DNA from: an uncultured Gammaproteobacteria bacterium
GTDB taxonomy: Bacteria; Patescibacteriota; Patescibacteriia; Veblenbacterales; UBA10138
Direction of reading: 5' to 3'
NCBI GenBank assembly: GCA_964453605.1
Contig: CAYVOI010000001.1
Span: forward strand, 548,095-612,094
Length of the DNA stretch: 64,000 nucleotides
This document shows positions 17,578 to 26,778 of the stretch, one piece after another. How positions within the stretch are numbered: position 1 is the first letter of the stretch; every line of letters begins with the position of its first letter. The notes below the pieces were generated by a model. That model did no database searches. It saw only the letters and a list, made by a program, of their open reading frames with translations, and was not told where the DNA came from. The position numbers and the translations under genes are program-made.

Positions 17578-20500
17578 TTAACCCTGGCTCCACTCGCGGC
17601 CTACGGTAGTAAAGCCAATGGCCATAATGCCGAGAAGGGGCAACCCGAAGAGTATATCGCTCGGGAAACCAGTACGCGGCAAGCTAGTTGTACTCTCACC
17701 CAAAACTTTAGGAGCTGGCGGGTAGCAGGCTGAAATGGTAGAAAGTGCAACATTGCCAGCGCGGTAGCCAAGGCTAATATGCCTAAGTTCATCGTCTGAC
17801 ACACACTGACCTAAAGACTCAGGAATAAGTGAGGCCTCGCTGGTGGCTGGTACGAAGTAGCGCTTGCTGTCGTCAGGGCTCACGTACCAGAGCTCACCCT
17901 GGGACTCGGTTTGCAAGAAGAGCTTACCCCGCTGTGCCGCGGCGTAAACCATATCAACTGACGTGCTCGGCAGTGTAGTAGGCTGGTTAGCTACCGTAGT
18001 CAAGCCCAAGGGTATCTTGGCTAAGTTAGCATCTGATAGCGGAGCCGCAAAGGCCCTGAGCACATCATAGGTTGCCTTATCAGCTGGCAAGTAGAAGCGC
18101 TGGTTGGTGCCTGGAGCCAGGTACCACGCGGTGTTACCTGCCTGACACTGCAGGGCGAACCGGCCGCTGTACTTTTGTGCTACAGCGGATTTAGGTGAGG
18201 TCACCTTAGCCGCCTCAGCTGGCAAGTTGATACAAGCCGCTCCTAAAACCTGCGGCGGGGGCGTACCACCAGAGGTTACGGTGGTAACTTCGGTGGCAGT
18301 ACTCTTTTGGGCAAAGCAGCCCTTGGTGTTGTAGAAGCGAGCGTAGATGGTTTTGGAACCAGCACCTGAGCTCAAGCTCCACGACACTACTGGCGCCAGC
18401 GGCACGGAAGCCTGTGGGGTGAAGCTCTCCGTATTACTCAACACGAGGCTCGTAACATCAGCACCGTAGGTTAGGTTAAGCGCGGCCGTGGAGCCTGCTA
18501 CGCCACCAGCCGGAATAGTGAGGTTGACCGTGGCGGGGTCAACTCGGTTAATGGTTGAATCACAGTCCGTGCCGCCACCTCCCCCACCACCGCCACCTCC
18601 CCCACCACCGCCGGTGTCGTTGTTAGTTACCGTGCAGGTTTTGGTCTCGCCGGCGGCAATAGTGCCCTCACAGCCAGCGCCCAAAGTCTTGGTGTACCCA
18701 CTCTGGGTTGTTTCATCTACGCTGTAGGAGCCCGGCGATAGCGTTACCGTGACACCATCTTCACTGCCACGGAACGAAGTTCGCGAGACATTAGTACCGC
18801 TCACGGTGAGCGAAAAATCATCAGCCACGCGGCTGCCACCGTGGTCGTTAATAACGTGCTTTTTCACAATCAGCGTAGCTTGAGTTGGCACTGAGGCTAC
18901 GTCGCTGTTGGTTATAGTACAAGTTTTACTGTCGCCTGCTACCAAGGTAACGTCGCCGTTACTGTTACAGTCACCAGTCAGTGAGCTCTGCACGTAGCCC
19001 GAGGGCACGGTGTCCTCGCTCACCTGGTAGGTGCCAGGCGGCAGCGTGTAGCCTACGCCAGTTGTAGAACCGGCACTGGGGGAATTCGCTACCTCAGCCA
19101 CGCCGCTTTTTACGTGCAAGGTGAAATCGGCCGCGGCCTTGGAGCCGCCGTGGGTATTTATAACCTGCTTCTTTACGAGTAAGGTAGCGGTAGTGGGTGG
19201 CGGAGTCTGGTCGGCGTTAACAATGGTACACGTTTTGGTCACACCACTTTCTATGGTTACGGTACCGTCGGTAGCACAATCACCACCTACGCCACTCTGG
19301 AGGTAGTTGGTAGGTAAGGGGTCTTCGCTCACTGTGTAATTCCCCGGCGCGAGCACGTACGTGGTGCCAGTGGCGCTGCCAGCCGCGGGACTGCCAGTAA
19401 CGTCAGTGCCACCGCTCTCAACGTGCAGGGTAAAATCGGCTGCCGTCTTGGTGCCGCCGTGGGTGTTCACCACCTGCTTCTTGACAATGAGCGTACCAGG
19501 AACGGGCGGCGTCAACTGGTCGTCGTTCGTAATGGTGCAGGTTTTAGTCACGTTTGACTGAACAATCACGGACCCATCAACGTCACAATCGCCAGCTATG
19601 CCGGTCTTAACGTAGCCACTCGGGGCCACGTCTTCGCTGACCATGTAGGTGCCGGGCGCCAGTGTGTAGGTTACCCCAGTCTCAGATCCCGCTTGGGGGC
19701 TACCGGTAACGTCGGCCAAACCCTGCTTCACGTGTAGCGTAAAGTCGGCGGCATGTTTGGTGCCCGTGTTGTTATTGATCACGCGCTTCTTCACCATGAG
19801 GGTACCAGCTATGATCGGGCTGACATTGGTGATGGTACAGGCTTTGGTATCACCTGCGATAAGGGTAATAGAACCGTTTGAGGCACAGTCACCCGCCACG
19901 CCTTGGCTGGTATAACCACCGGTCGGTGCGTCTTCGCTCACCTGGTAGGTACCCGCGGGCAGGGTGTAGGTTACCCCAGCCTCAGACCCTGCTTGTGGGC
20001 TGCTAGAGACGTCGCTGCCAGCAGCTTTCACGTGCAGCCTGAAGTCGGCCGCGGTCTTTACACCGCCACCGCTGTTATCGACGTGCTTCTTCACCACCAG
20101 CGTAGCTAAGTCCCCCACACAGATGGTTGAGCCCGTGGTGTGCACGGTGTTACTGTCGACCCAGGTACCGAAGTTATTGTACTCAAAGGAACTGGTATGG
20201 CCGGTATTGGCAATGTCAAACGGACCACACAGACTCGGGGTTTTTACGGTCGCAGTCCACGTGATGGTACCCGTTTCGTTTGGAACTAACGTGTTAGCGT
20301 TCCAGAGTAATGTGCGGGTGCTCGAGGTATAGAGCGGTGCGCTGCCGTAGCCCGGAGTAATATTGCTGGAGTTAGTCGAGCTTACAAAAGTCAGGAGTGG
20401 ATCCACCACGTCCTTCACCTTCACTCCCCCACCAGTACAGTCAGCTGTACCAGTGTTCTTGATGTTTAACGTGTACGTTAGGACATCACCCGGACTAGCT

Positions 20501-21864
20501 GTAGTCGCACTGACAGATTTAGTAATTGTTAGTGTGCACTGCGTGGCCGGGGGTACATCATTATTCGTGACCGTACAGGTTTTGGTTTCACCGGCGGCTA
20601 TGGTCCCCGAGCAGTCCGTACCGAGCGAGGTGGCGTAACCAGCCGCGGCTGCCTCGCCAACGCTGTAGCTCCCCGGGTCCATCGTCAATGTCGTACCAGT
20701 CTCAGAGCCAGCAAACGAGCTACTCGGTGACACGTTCTGACCTGCGACCGTGAGGGTAAAATCGGCTGCCGCCTTAGAGCCGCCACTATCGTTCACCACG
20801 TGCTTTTTCACCACCAACGTAGCCGTAGTCGGGCAGCTGGTAGAGGTCACAGGCAGAGTGGCGTGCACATCTTCAGCATGGTTCACACCGTCAGACACCG
20901 TCAAGCTAAGGGTATAGCTACCGGGGGCGTAGGTATGCGGGGCAGTTGCCGTCAGGTGCTGGCCGGCACTGGTGCCGTTCTTAGTGGTAACCGTATCGGC
21001 GCTGCCGTCCCCCCAGCTGAAGGTAAACGTCAGGTTCTTGCCGTCAGGGTCGTGTGCCGTCGCGGTCCACGTGCCAACACCACAGCTGAGTGAACCGCTA
21101 AAACTATCTAGTACGATGGTTTCAGGGGTATCGTCGTTCGTGACGGTGCAGGTTTTGGTTTCACCGGCGGCAATAGTACCAACGCAATCCGCGCTGAGGC
21201 TCTTCTGGTAGCCGGGCGTAGTCGCCTCATCCACGCTGTAGCTGCCGGGGCTAAGGGTGAGCGTAACACCAGACTCGCTGCCCGTTACCGTACTCTGCGG
21301 CTGCACGTTAGTACCCGTAACATTAAGGGTAAAATCGGAAGCTTGTTTGTTGCCACCGTTATCGTTAATAACGTGCTTTTTAACAATCAAGCTGGCCGTG
21401 GTGGGGGCGCAGGTGCCGACGGTTACACTGGTAGAACCACTCACGTGCTCGGTCAGGTTGGCTACATCATACACCGTTACCTGGACGGTGTAGGTGCCGG
21501 CCGCGGCGTAGGTATGAGTTGGGCTTATGGTGTGAACCTGCATCAACCCGGGGTTAGTGTGGGTAATGCTCTGCAGTGGGCTGGCATCGCCCCAGCTAAT
21601 ATCAAAACGCAAGCTAAGCCCGCCATCATGATCGATAGCAGCTATAGTCCACGAGCCGCTGGCACAGGTGGTGGAGCCTGAGGGTGCGGTAAGGGCCGTA
21701 AGTTCGAGCGAACTAGGTTCACTGGTGTTACCAGCGCTACTGGGTACGGCGCCTAGGCCAACGGTAATAGCAACCGAGGCTAGGGCAATGGCCACTAGTA
21801 CGCCGAGGTGGACCTTGGCACTGGGTAAGCTTTGAGCGGGTTGGTTGTGAGGCATAGTGTTCAT
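17578..21864 (-). CDS. Large LPxTG-anchored surface protein (2 PKD-like, ~7 SpaA/prealbumin-like repeats, DUF11-like)
   Basis: Signal peptide; WGD PKD motifs; L.VKK.V...CT.TN repeats; C-terminal LPRTG plus hydrophobic segment. Confidence 0.9.
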   Translation of the reverse strand: MNTMPHNQPAQSLPSAKVHLGVLVAIALASVAITVGLGAVPSSAGNTSEPSSLELTALTAPSGSTTCASGSWTIAAIDHDGGLSLRFDISWGDASPLQSITHTNPGLMQVHTISPTHTYAAAGTYTVQVTVYDVANLTEHVSGSTSVTVGTCAPTTASLIVKKHVINDNGGNKQASDFTLNVTGTNVQPQSTVTGSESGVTLTLSPGSYSVDEATTPGYQKSLSADCVGTIAAGETKTCTVTNDDTPETIVLDSFSGSLSCGVGTWTATAHDPDGKNLTFTFSWGDGSADTVTTKNGTSAGQHLTATAPHTYAPGSYTLSLTVSDGVNHAEDVHATLPVTSTSCPTTATLVVKKHVVNDSGGSKAAADFTLTVAGQNVSPSSSFAGSETGTTLTMDPGSYSVGEAAAAGYATSLGTDCSGTIAAGETKTCTVTNNDVPPATQCTLTITKSVSATTASPGDVLTYTLNIKNTGTADCTGGGVKVKDVVDPLLTFVSSTNSSNITPGYGSAPLYTSSTRTLLWNANTLVPNETGTITWTATVKTPSLCGPFDIANTGHTSSFEYNNFGTWVDSNTVHTTGSTICVGDLATLVVKKHVDNSGGGVKTAADFRLHVKAAGSDVSSSPQAGSEAGVTYTLPAGTYQVSEDAPTGGYTSQGVAGDCASNGSITLIAGDTKACTITNVSPIIAGTLMVKKRVINNNTGTKHAADFTLHVKQGLADVTGSPQAGSETGVTYTLAPGTYMVSEDVAPSGYVKTGIAGDCDVDGSVIVQSNVTKTCTITNDDQLTPPVPGTLIVKKQVVNTHGGTKTAADFTLHVESGGTDVTGSPAAGSATGTTYVLAPGNYTVSEDPLPTNYLQSGVGGDCATDGTVTIESGVTKTCTIVNADQTPPPTTATLLVKKQVINTHGGSKAAADFTLHVKSGVAEVANSPSAGSTTGVGYTLPPGTYQVSEDTVPSGYVQSSLTGDCNSNGDVTLVAGDSKTCTITNSDVASVPTQATLIVKKHVINDHGGSRVADDFSLTVSGTNVSRTSFRGSEDGVTVTLSPGSYSVDETTQSGYTKTLGAGCEGTIAAGETKTCTVTNNDTGGGGGGGGGGGGGGTDCDSTINRVDPATVNLTIPAGGVAGSTAALNLTYGADVTSLVLSNTESFTPQASVPLAPVVSWSLSSGAGSKTIYARFYNTKGCFAQKSTATEVTTVTSGGTPPPQVLGAACINLPAEAAKVTSPKSAVAQKYSGRFALQCQAGNTAWYLAPGTNQRFYLPADKATYDVLRAFAAPLSDANLAKIPLGLTTVANQPTTLPSTSVDMVYAAAQRGKLFLQTESQGELWYVSPDDSKRYFVPATSEASLIPESLGQCVSDDELRHISLGYRAGNVALSTISACYPPAPKVLGESTTSLPRTGFPSDILFGLPLLGIMAIGFTTVGREWSQG

Positions 21865-21925
21865 AATAAAGTATTTAGGTGGGGCAGCATTCCCACCACC
21901 TTTAAAGTTAATAAAATAACCCTTT

Positions 21926-21954
21926 ACCTTAGCATGGAGCTAAAAACCTGTCAA
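21926..21954 (-). promoter_or_regulatory. Promoter of the LPRTG protein
   Basis: TTGACA-17-TAAGGT. Confidence 0.65.
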
Positions 21955-21968
21955 CCCCTACAAGCTAA

Positions 21969-21997
21969 AGCGGGGTGGGGGAACCCCCACCCCGCTT
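21969..21997 (-). terminator. Rho-independent terminator
   Basis: AGCGGGGTGGGG-N4-CCCCACCCCGCT hairpin. Confidence 0.75.
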
Positions 21998-22011
21998 GGA
22001 ACCTAAGTACG

Positions 22012-25000
22012 TTATGGCAGCCGAGGTTTCGGCAGGTTCAGGGCCGGACACTTCATCAGGTTTATCCAGCGCTTGGTGGTCTTGTACACGTACCCGGTGG
22101 GTGTGTGGTCGTTCGGTAAACCGTAGAGCACCCACGGGCTCAAAATTTCGGCGTTGTGATCAAGCTGGTACTTCTTGACCGCGTTGTAGGTAGCTCGGTT
22201 GTACACCCCAGTGACCTTTAAGGGCCCATAGCCCAGCTCGTTCAAGAACTGTTGCAGCCGTTTGACATCAGCTGCGTTATTGCGTCGCCCAAGCTTAATG
22301 TAGGTGTGGATGTACTCTTTGCACATGGCAGTTGATTCACCGAGCACCTGGCCGGTAGGGCCAGTCGACACACCTAGGACTTGCGGCACAGCCACACTCT
22401 TGTCAGCCGCACAACCAGTGACCTCGCGGAACCTAACGTAGATAGTGCTGGTTCCAGCTGGCACAAACATGGTGCGGGTAGCGGTTGGCGCTTCAAAGCT
22501 GGCGCCGGCAAAGTCAGCGTGTACGCTGTAGGCTACCTGAACCACCGTTGCAGGGTAGGTTAGGTTGAGTGTTGCCACGTCCCCTACCAAGCTCGCCAAG
22601 GTTACTCCAATGCTCGCTGGTGTAGGTGTGGAACAGACAAACGGGCTACCGCCTCCACCACCGCCTCCACCTCCCCCACCACCGCCGTTTGAGGCTACGG
22701 TAAAGGACGTGCTGTCAGTATTGTTCTGGCTGTTGTCATCGTTCTGGCTAGCAATGGTGGCGCTGTTAGTAACCGTGCTACCAGCTGAGCTTGTAACCGA
22801 CACCACAATGTGCAGCGACTTGCTCTCGCCGTTGGCGAGCGCACCAACCGTCCAAACACCCGTGGTAGTGTTGTAGGCACCAGCGCCGTCGTCAGACACG
22901 TAGGTTACACCGGCCGGAAGCACGTCGGTCATGGTCACGCCACTGGCCGCGGCTGGACCAGCGTTCGCCACCGTCAGGGTGTACGTTACCTGGTCGCCCT
23001 GGTGCGGCGCAAAGCTGCTCACCGTTTTGCTGGCCGAGAGGTCAGCGTTGGTAGGTTGGACCGGTACAAACGTGTTAGTTACCGTACAGGTTACCGCTTC
23101 ACCGGCCACCACGGTCACGCTGCCGTTTTCAGTACAGCCGTCACCGTAGCTCACCTGCCAGGTTACCCCTGGGTTTTGCTCCTGCACCTGGTAGGTGCCG
23201 GCTAGCAAGGTGTACGGGGTACCAGGTGTACTCTGACCCGCCGCTGGCGAACCAGCTACATCACCATCAGCCAAAACGTGAATGCTGAAATTGGCGGGCA
23301 GGTCGCCCTCGCCACCACCAGAAACTACCTTAACCACGCGGAGGGTGCCCTTAGTTGGGCTAAAGGTATTGGTAATGGTGCAGGTAGCCACCTCACCCAA
23401 AGACAGGGTGATGCTACCGTTCTCAGTACAATCACCGGCGAAACTTGCCACGTAGTCAGCTGGGCCGCCGCTCTCCGACACGGTGTAGGTACCAGCGCTA
23501 AAGGTGTTCTCGCTACCACTTACCACCTGGGTTTCACCCACAAACAGGTTGAAGTCGGCAACTTGAGCCGTGCCACCCGCCACCACCTTAGTTACGGTGA
23601 GCTTAGGGGCAATGTCATTGTTGGTAATGGTGCAGGTAGCCTCTCCACCATTGGCCACGGTAACTTCGCTACAGCCATCGTAGCTAACGTCGTAGCCAGT
23701 GTTGGGCAGTTCAGTAACCGTGTAGGTGCCAGCATCAACCGTCAGGTCGTTCTGGCCATCAGCCTCAAAGGCTTGGGCCTCACCATTGTTCACGCTGAAG
23801 GAAAAGTCGCTCGAGCTAGCAGTGCCACCGTTGTCGTTCGTAACATGCTTGACCACGTGGAGGGTACCGGGCTGGTCGTTGTTCGTTATGGTACAGACCT
23901 TGGTCTCCCCCACGGCTAGAGTTACCGAGCCCTCACCGTCACAGTCGCCGGAGTAGGTAGCAGCGTAGCCCGCCGGGCCACCGCTCTCCGACACCGTGTA
24001 GGTGCCAGCGCTAAAGGCGTTGCTCTGGCCGCTCGTTACCTGCGTGTCCCCGACAAACAGATTGAAGTCAAACACTTGGGCAGTACCACCGTTGTCGTTC
24101 GTTACCACCTTAATAACCGTTAGGCCGGGTGCCACGTCGTTGTTCGTTATGGTACAACTGGCTACCTCACCCAACGACAGAGTGATGTTACCCTGAGGGT
24201 CACAGTCACCACTGAAGGTGCCAACGTAGCCGGCGCCGGGGTCTGCCTCGCTCACGGTGTGCGGACCAGCAAGTAACGTCTGCTGCTGGCCGGAGGTAAC
24301 CTGGTTACCATCAACCATGAGGGTAAAATCAGTCACTTGCTTGGTGCCACCGTCGTTGTTCGTAACCACCTTGGTCACGGTCAGCTTGGGAGCAATATCG
24401 TCATTCGTGATGGTACAGCTCTTAACGTCGCCTAAACCCAAAGTAACGCTACCTTCGGCGTTACAGTCGCCACTGAAGGTAGCCGTGTAACCAGCCGAAC
24501 CGACCTCGCTCACGATGTAGGTACCGGCGTCAAACGTGTTCTGCACACCGCTGGTAACACCAGCCTCGCCAACGAACAGCGGGAAGTCTGACACCTGCTT
24601 GGTGCCGCCGTCGTTGTTCACTACTACTTTGGTCACGGTCAGCTTAGCGGCTACGTCGTCGTTCGTTATGGTACAAACGGCCACATCACCAACGGCCAGA
24701 GTGACCTGGCCTTGGGCGTTACAGTCGCCACTGAAGGTAGCCGTGTAGCCTGACTGGTTCGTCTCAGACACCTGGTACGTACCAGCGTTAAACCCATTCT
24801 GAGCCCCTGAGGTAACCGAGCTCTGTCCCACAAACAGTGGGAAGTTGGACACTTGCCTAGTGCCACCGTTGTTATTGATAACAACTTTAGTAACGGTGAG
24901 TTTGGGTTGAATGTCGTTATTCGTTATGGTGCAAGACTTAACATCGCCCAGGCTCAGGGTTACGTGACCTTGCGCGTCACAGTCGCCGGAGTAGGTGGCA

Positions 25001-26469
25001 GCGTAGCCCACTGCACCGGTCTCCCCTACCGTGTAGGTACCGGCGTTAAAGCCGTTCTCTGCCCCTGAGGTAACAGAAGTTTGGCCTACGGTGAGTGGGA
25101 AGTCCTGAACAGTCTTGGTACCGCCGTTGTCGTTCGTCACAACCTTGGTCACCGTCAGCTTGGGTTGAATGTCGTTATTGGTGATACTACACGTTACCGT
25201 CTGTCCAAGCGACAAGGTAACCTGGCTACCAACTAAGTTTCCGCCATTACAGCTCCAGCTGCCAGCACTGTAGCCAGTCACGTTAGACTCGGACAAGGTG
25301 TAGGCTACCCCGGCTTGCACGGTGTGGAACGTGGTCGAGTTACCGAGGTCGCTGAAACCGCCAGTACCCGTAGCCGTTAAGGTCCAGTCCGCCGGAGTCT
25401 TACTCCCACCATTGTCATTGGTCACCTGCTTTACCAATTTCAGAGTGGGAGCAATGTCATTATTCGTTATGGTACAGCTCTTGCTCTGGCCAGCCACCAC
25501 GGTAACGTTACCGTTGGCATCACAATCACCTGAGTAGGTGGCGGCGTAACCGGCCGAACTGGTTTCGCTCACCACGTAGCTACCGGCGGTAAAGGTGTTG
25601 GTAGCCCCCGAGGTAACCTGGGTCTGCCCCACGAACAAGGGGAAGTCTGACACCTGCTTGGTGCCACCGTCGTTGTTCGTAACCACCTTGGTCACGGTAA
25701 GCGTGCCAGTGGTGGGGGCATTGTCGCTGTTCGTTATAGTACAGGTCTTAGCCTGACCTGAAGCAATGGTACCAGAGCAGCCAGCGCTCAAGGTTTTGGT
25801 GTAGCCGTTAGTTGCAGCCTCATCAACACTGTAGGTGCCTGAGGTAATGTTCTGACCAAACGAAACGCCCACGGTTGTGCCAGGGTTCTCGGCACCCGCG
25901 AAGCTTGATTGGTTAAAGGTTAAACCGGTCGAACCGGTAACGTTCATGGTAAAGTCCGAAGCTACCTTGGTACCACCATTGGTGTTCACTACATGCTTAA
26001 TCACGTTAATGGTGGCGGGTGGAATAATAGCGTTCACATCAACCTGAGCTAGGTCAGCACCGTCTTGACCTGTTGGCTGGCCATGGTACACCATCACCCG
26101 GATGGTGTAGGTACCCGTAGCTGGGTAGGTGTGGGTAGCAGTCCAGTTGGTGGTGTAAACCTTGGTGCCGCTGTTACAGGTCGTGCTTGAGAGCGTGGCG
26201 GGTTCAGGCGTAGCTAGTAAGCCATTCGCAAGGTCCCAGGATAGTACGGAAACGCTCTGCCCGGCTGGACAGGTACCCTTGTACGGGTTAGCACTAGCAG
26301 AACCACTCAGCGTGATAGCAAACGGCGCGACCGCGGCAGAGCTGACGGTAATAGCGTACCCGCTCACAATAGCGTTAGCAGTGGTAGGAACTACGAGCTG
26401 TAAGCCAAGTACCAGGGCTGACAGTGCAGCCCCGCGGAAGCGGCGTAGACTCTGGCTGGTGTGTACCAT
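22012..26469 (-). CDS. Large secreted adhesin: ~11 SpaA/prealbumin-like repeats, DUF11-like domain, C-terminal peptidoglycan-binding domain
   Basis: Signal peptide; KLTVTKVV...CTITN repeats; DVKRLQQFLN...VTG.Y...T..AVKKYQ. Confidence 0.9.
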   Translation of the reverse strand: MVHTSQSLRRFRGAALSALVLGLQLVVPTTANAIVSGYAITVSSAAVAPFAITLSGSASANPYKGTCPAGQSVSVLSWDLANGLLATPEPATLSSTTCNSGTKVYTTNWTATHTYPATGTYTIRVMVYHGQPTGQDGADLAQVDVNAIIPPATINVIKHVVNTNGGTKVASDFTMNVTGSTGLTFNQSSFAGAENPGTTVGVSFGQNITSGTYSVDEAATNGYTKTLSAGCSGTIASGQAKTCTITNSDNAPTTGTLTVTKVVTNNDGGTKQVSDFPLFVGQTQVTSGATNTFTAGSYVVSETSSAGYAATYSGDCDANGNVTVVAGQSKSCTITNNDIAPTLKLVKQVTNDNGGSKTPADWTLTATGTGGFSDLGNSTTFHTVQAGVAYTLSESNVTGYSAGSWSCNGGNLVGSQVTLSLGQTVTCSITNNDIQPKLTVTKVVTNDNGGTKTVQDFPLTVGQTSVTSGAENGFNAGTYTVGETGAVGYAATYSGDCDAQGHVTLSLGDVKSCTITNNDIQPKLTVTKVVINNNGGTRQVSNFPLFVGQSSVTSGAQNGFNAGTYQVSETNQSGYTATFSGDCNAQGQVTLAVGDVAVCTITNDDVAAKLTVTKVVVNNDGGTKQVSDFPLFVGEAGVTSGVQNTFDAGTYIVSEVGSAGYTATFSGDCNAEGSVTLGLGDVKSCTITNDDIAPKLTVTKVVTNNDGGTKQVTDFTLMVDGNQVTSGQQQTLLAGPHTVSEADPGAGYVGTFSGDCDPQGNITLSLGEVASCTITNNDVAPGLTVIKVVTNDNGGTAQVFDFNLFVGDTQVTSGQSNAFSAGTYTVSESGGPAGYAATYSGDCDGEGSVTLAVGETKVCTITNNDQPGTLHVVKHVTNDNGGTASSSDFSFSVNNGEAQAFEADGQNDLTVDAGTYTVTELPNTGYDVSYDGCSEVTVANGGEATCTITNNDIAPKLTVTKVVAGGTAQVADFNLFVGETQVVSGSENTFSAGTYTVSESGGPADYVASFAGDCTENGSITLSLGEVATCTITNTFSPTKGTLRVVKVVSGGGEGDLPANFSIHVLADGDVAGSPAAGQSTPGTPYTLLAGTYQVQEQNPGVTWQVSYGDGCTENGSVTVVAGEAVTCTVTNTFVPVQPTNADLSASKTVSSFAPHQGDQVTYTLTVANAGPAAASGVTMTDVLPAGVTYVSDDGAGAYNTTTGVWTVGALANGESKSLHIVVSVTSSAGSTVTNSATIASQNDDNSQNNTDSTSFTVASNGGGGGGGGGGGGGSPFVCSTPTPASIGVTLASLVGDVATLNLTYPATVVQVAYSVHADFAGASFEAPTATRTMFVPAGTSTIYVRFREVTGCAADKSVAVPQVLGVSTGPTGQVLGESTAMCKEYIHTYIKLGRRNNAADVKRLQQFLNELGYGPLKVTGVYNRATYNAVKKYQLDHNAEILSPWVLYGLPNDHTPTGYVYKTTKRWINLMKCPALNLPKPRLP

Positions 26470-26567
26470 AGGCGTGTGGGTTAGCAAATCGGTTAGCCAC
26501 TAAGTTTATGGCTAAACGTAGTTAAAGATTATGCAGGTAAAGCGTTACACTAGTAATGTAACACACG

Positions 26568-26596
26568 ACCTTACACTGAACCAAAAAGGTTGTCAA
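26568..26596 (-). promoter_or_regulatory. Promoter of the PG-binding adhesin
   Basis: TTGACA-17-TAAGGT. Confidence 0.65.
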
Positions 26597-26778
26597 GTGG
26601 ATAATTAATCTAGCTGAATACTAAAGTTATTCAGCTAGAACGAGGGTAAGCACAGAGCCCACCAGAGTTTGGTGGGCTCGGTGAGCTAGCTAAGCTTCCT
26701 GAAACTTACGGCAGGTTCCAGAACGCCTGGGCGGGCCCCACCCGGGCACGTAGACTGGCCCGGGTGGGGTGAGGAGGC

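Noticed and set aside
26648-26775. Two strong hairpins after the giant adhesin as an ncRNA
   Set aside because: Adequately explained as terminator or mRNA-stabilising stems immediately after the stop codon.
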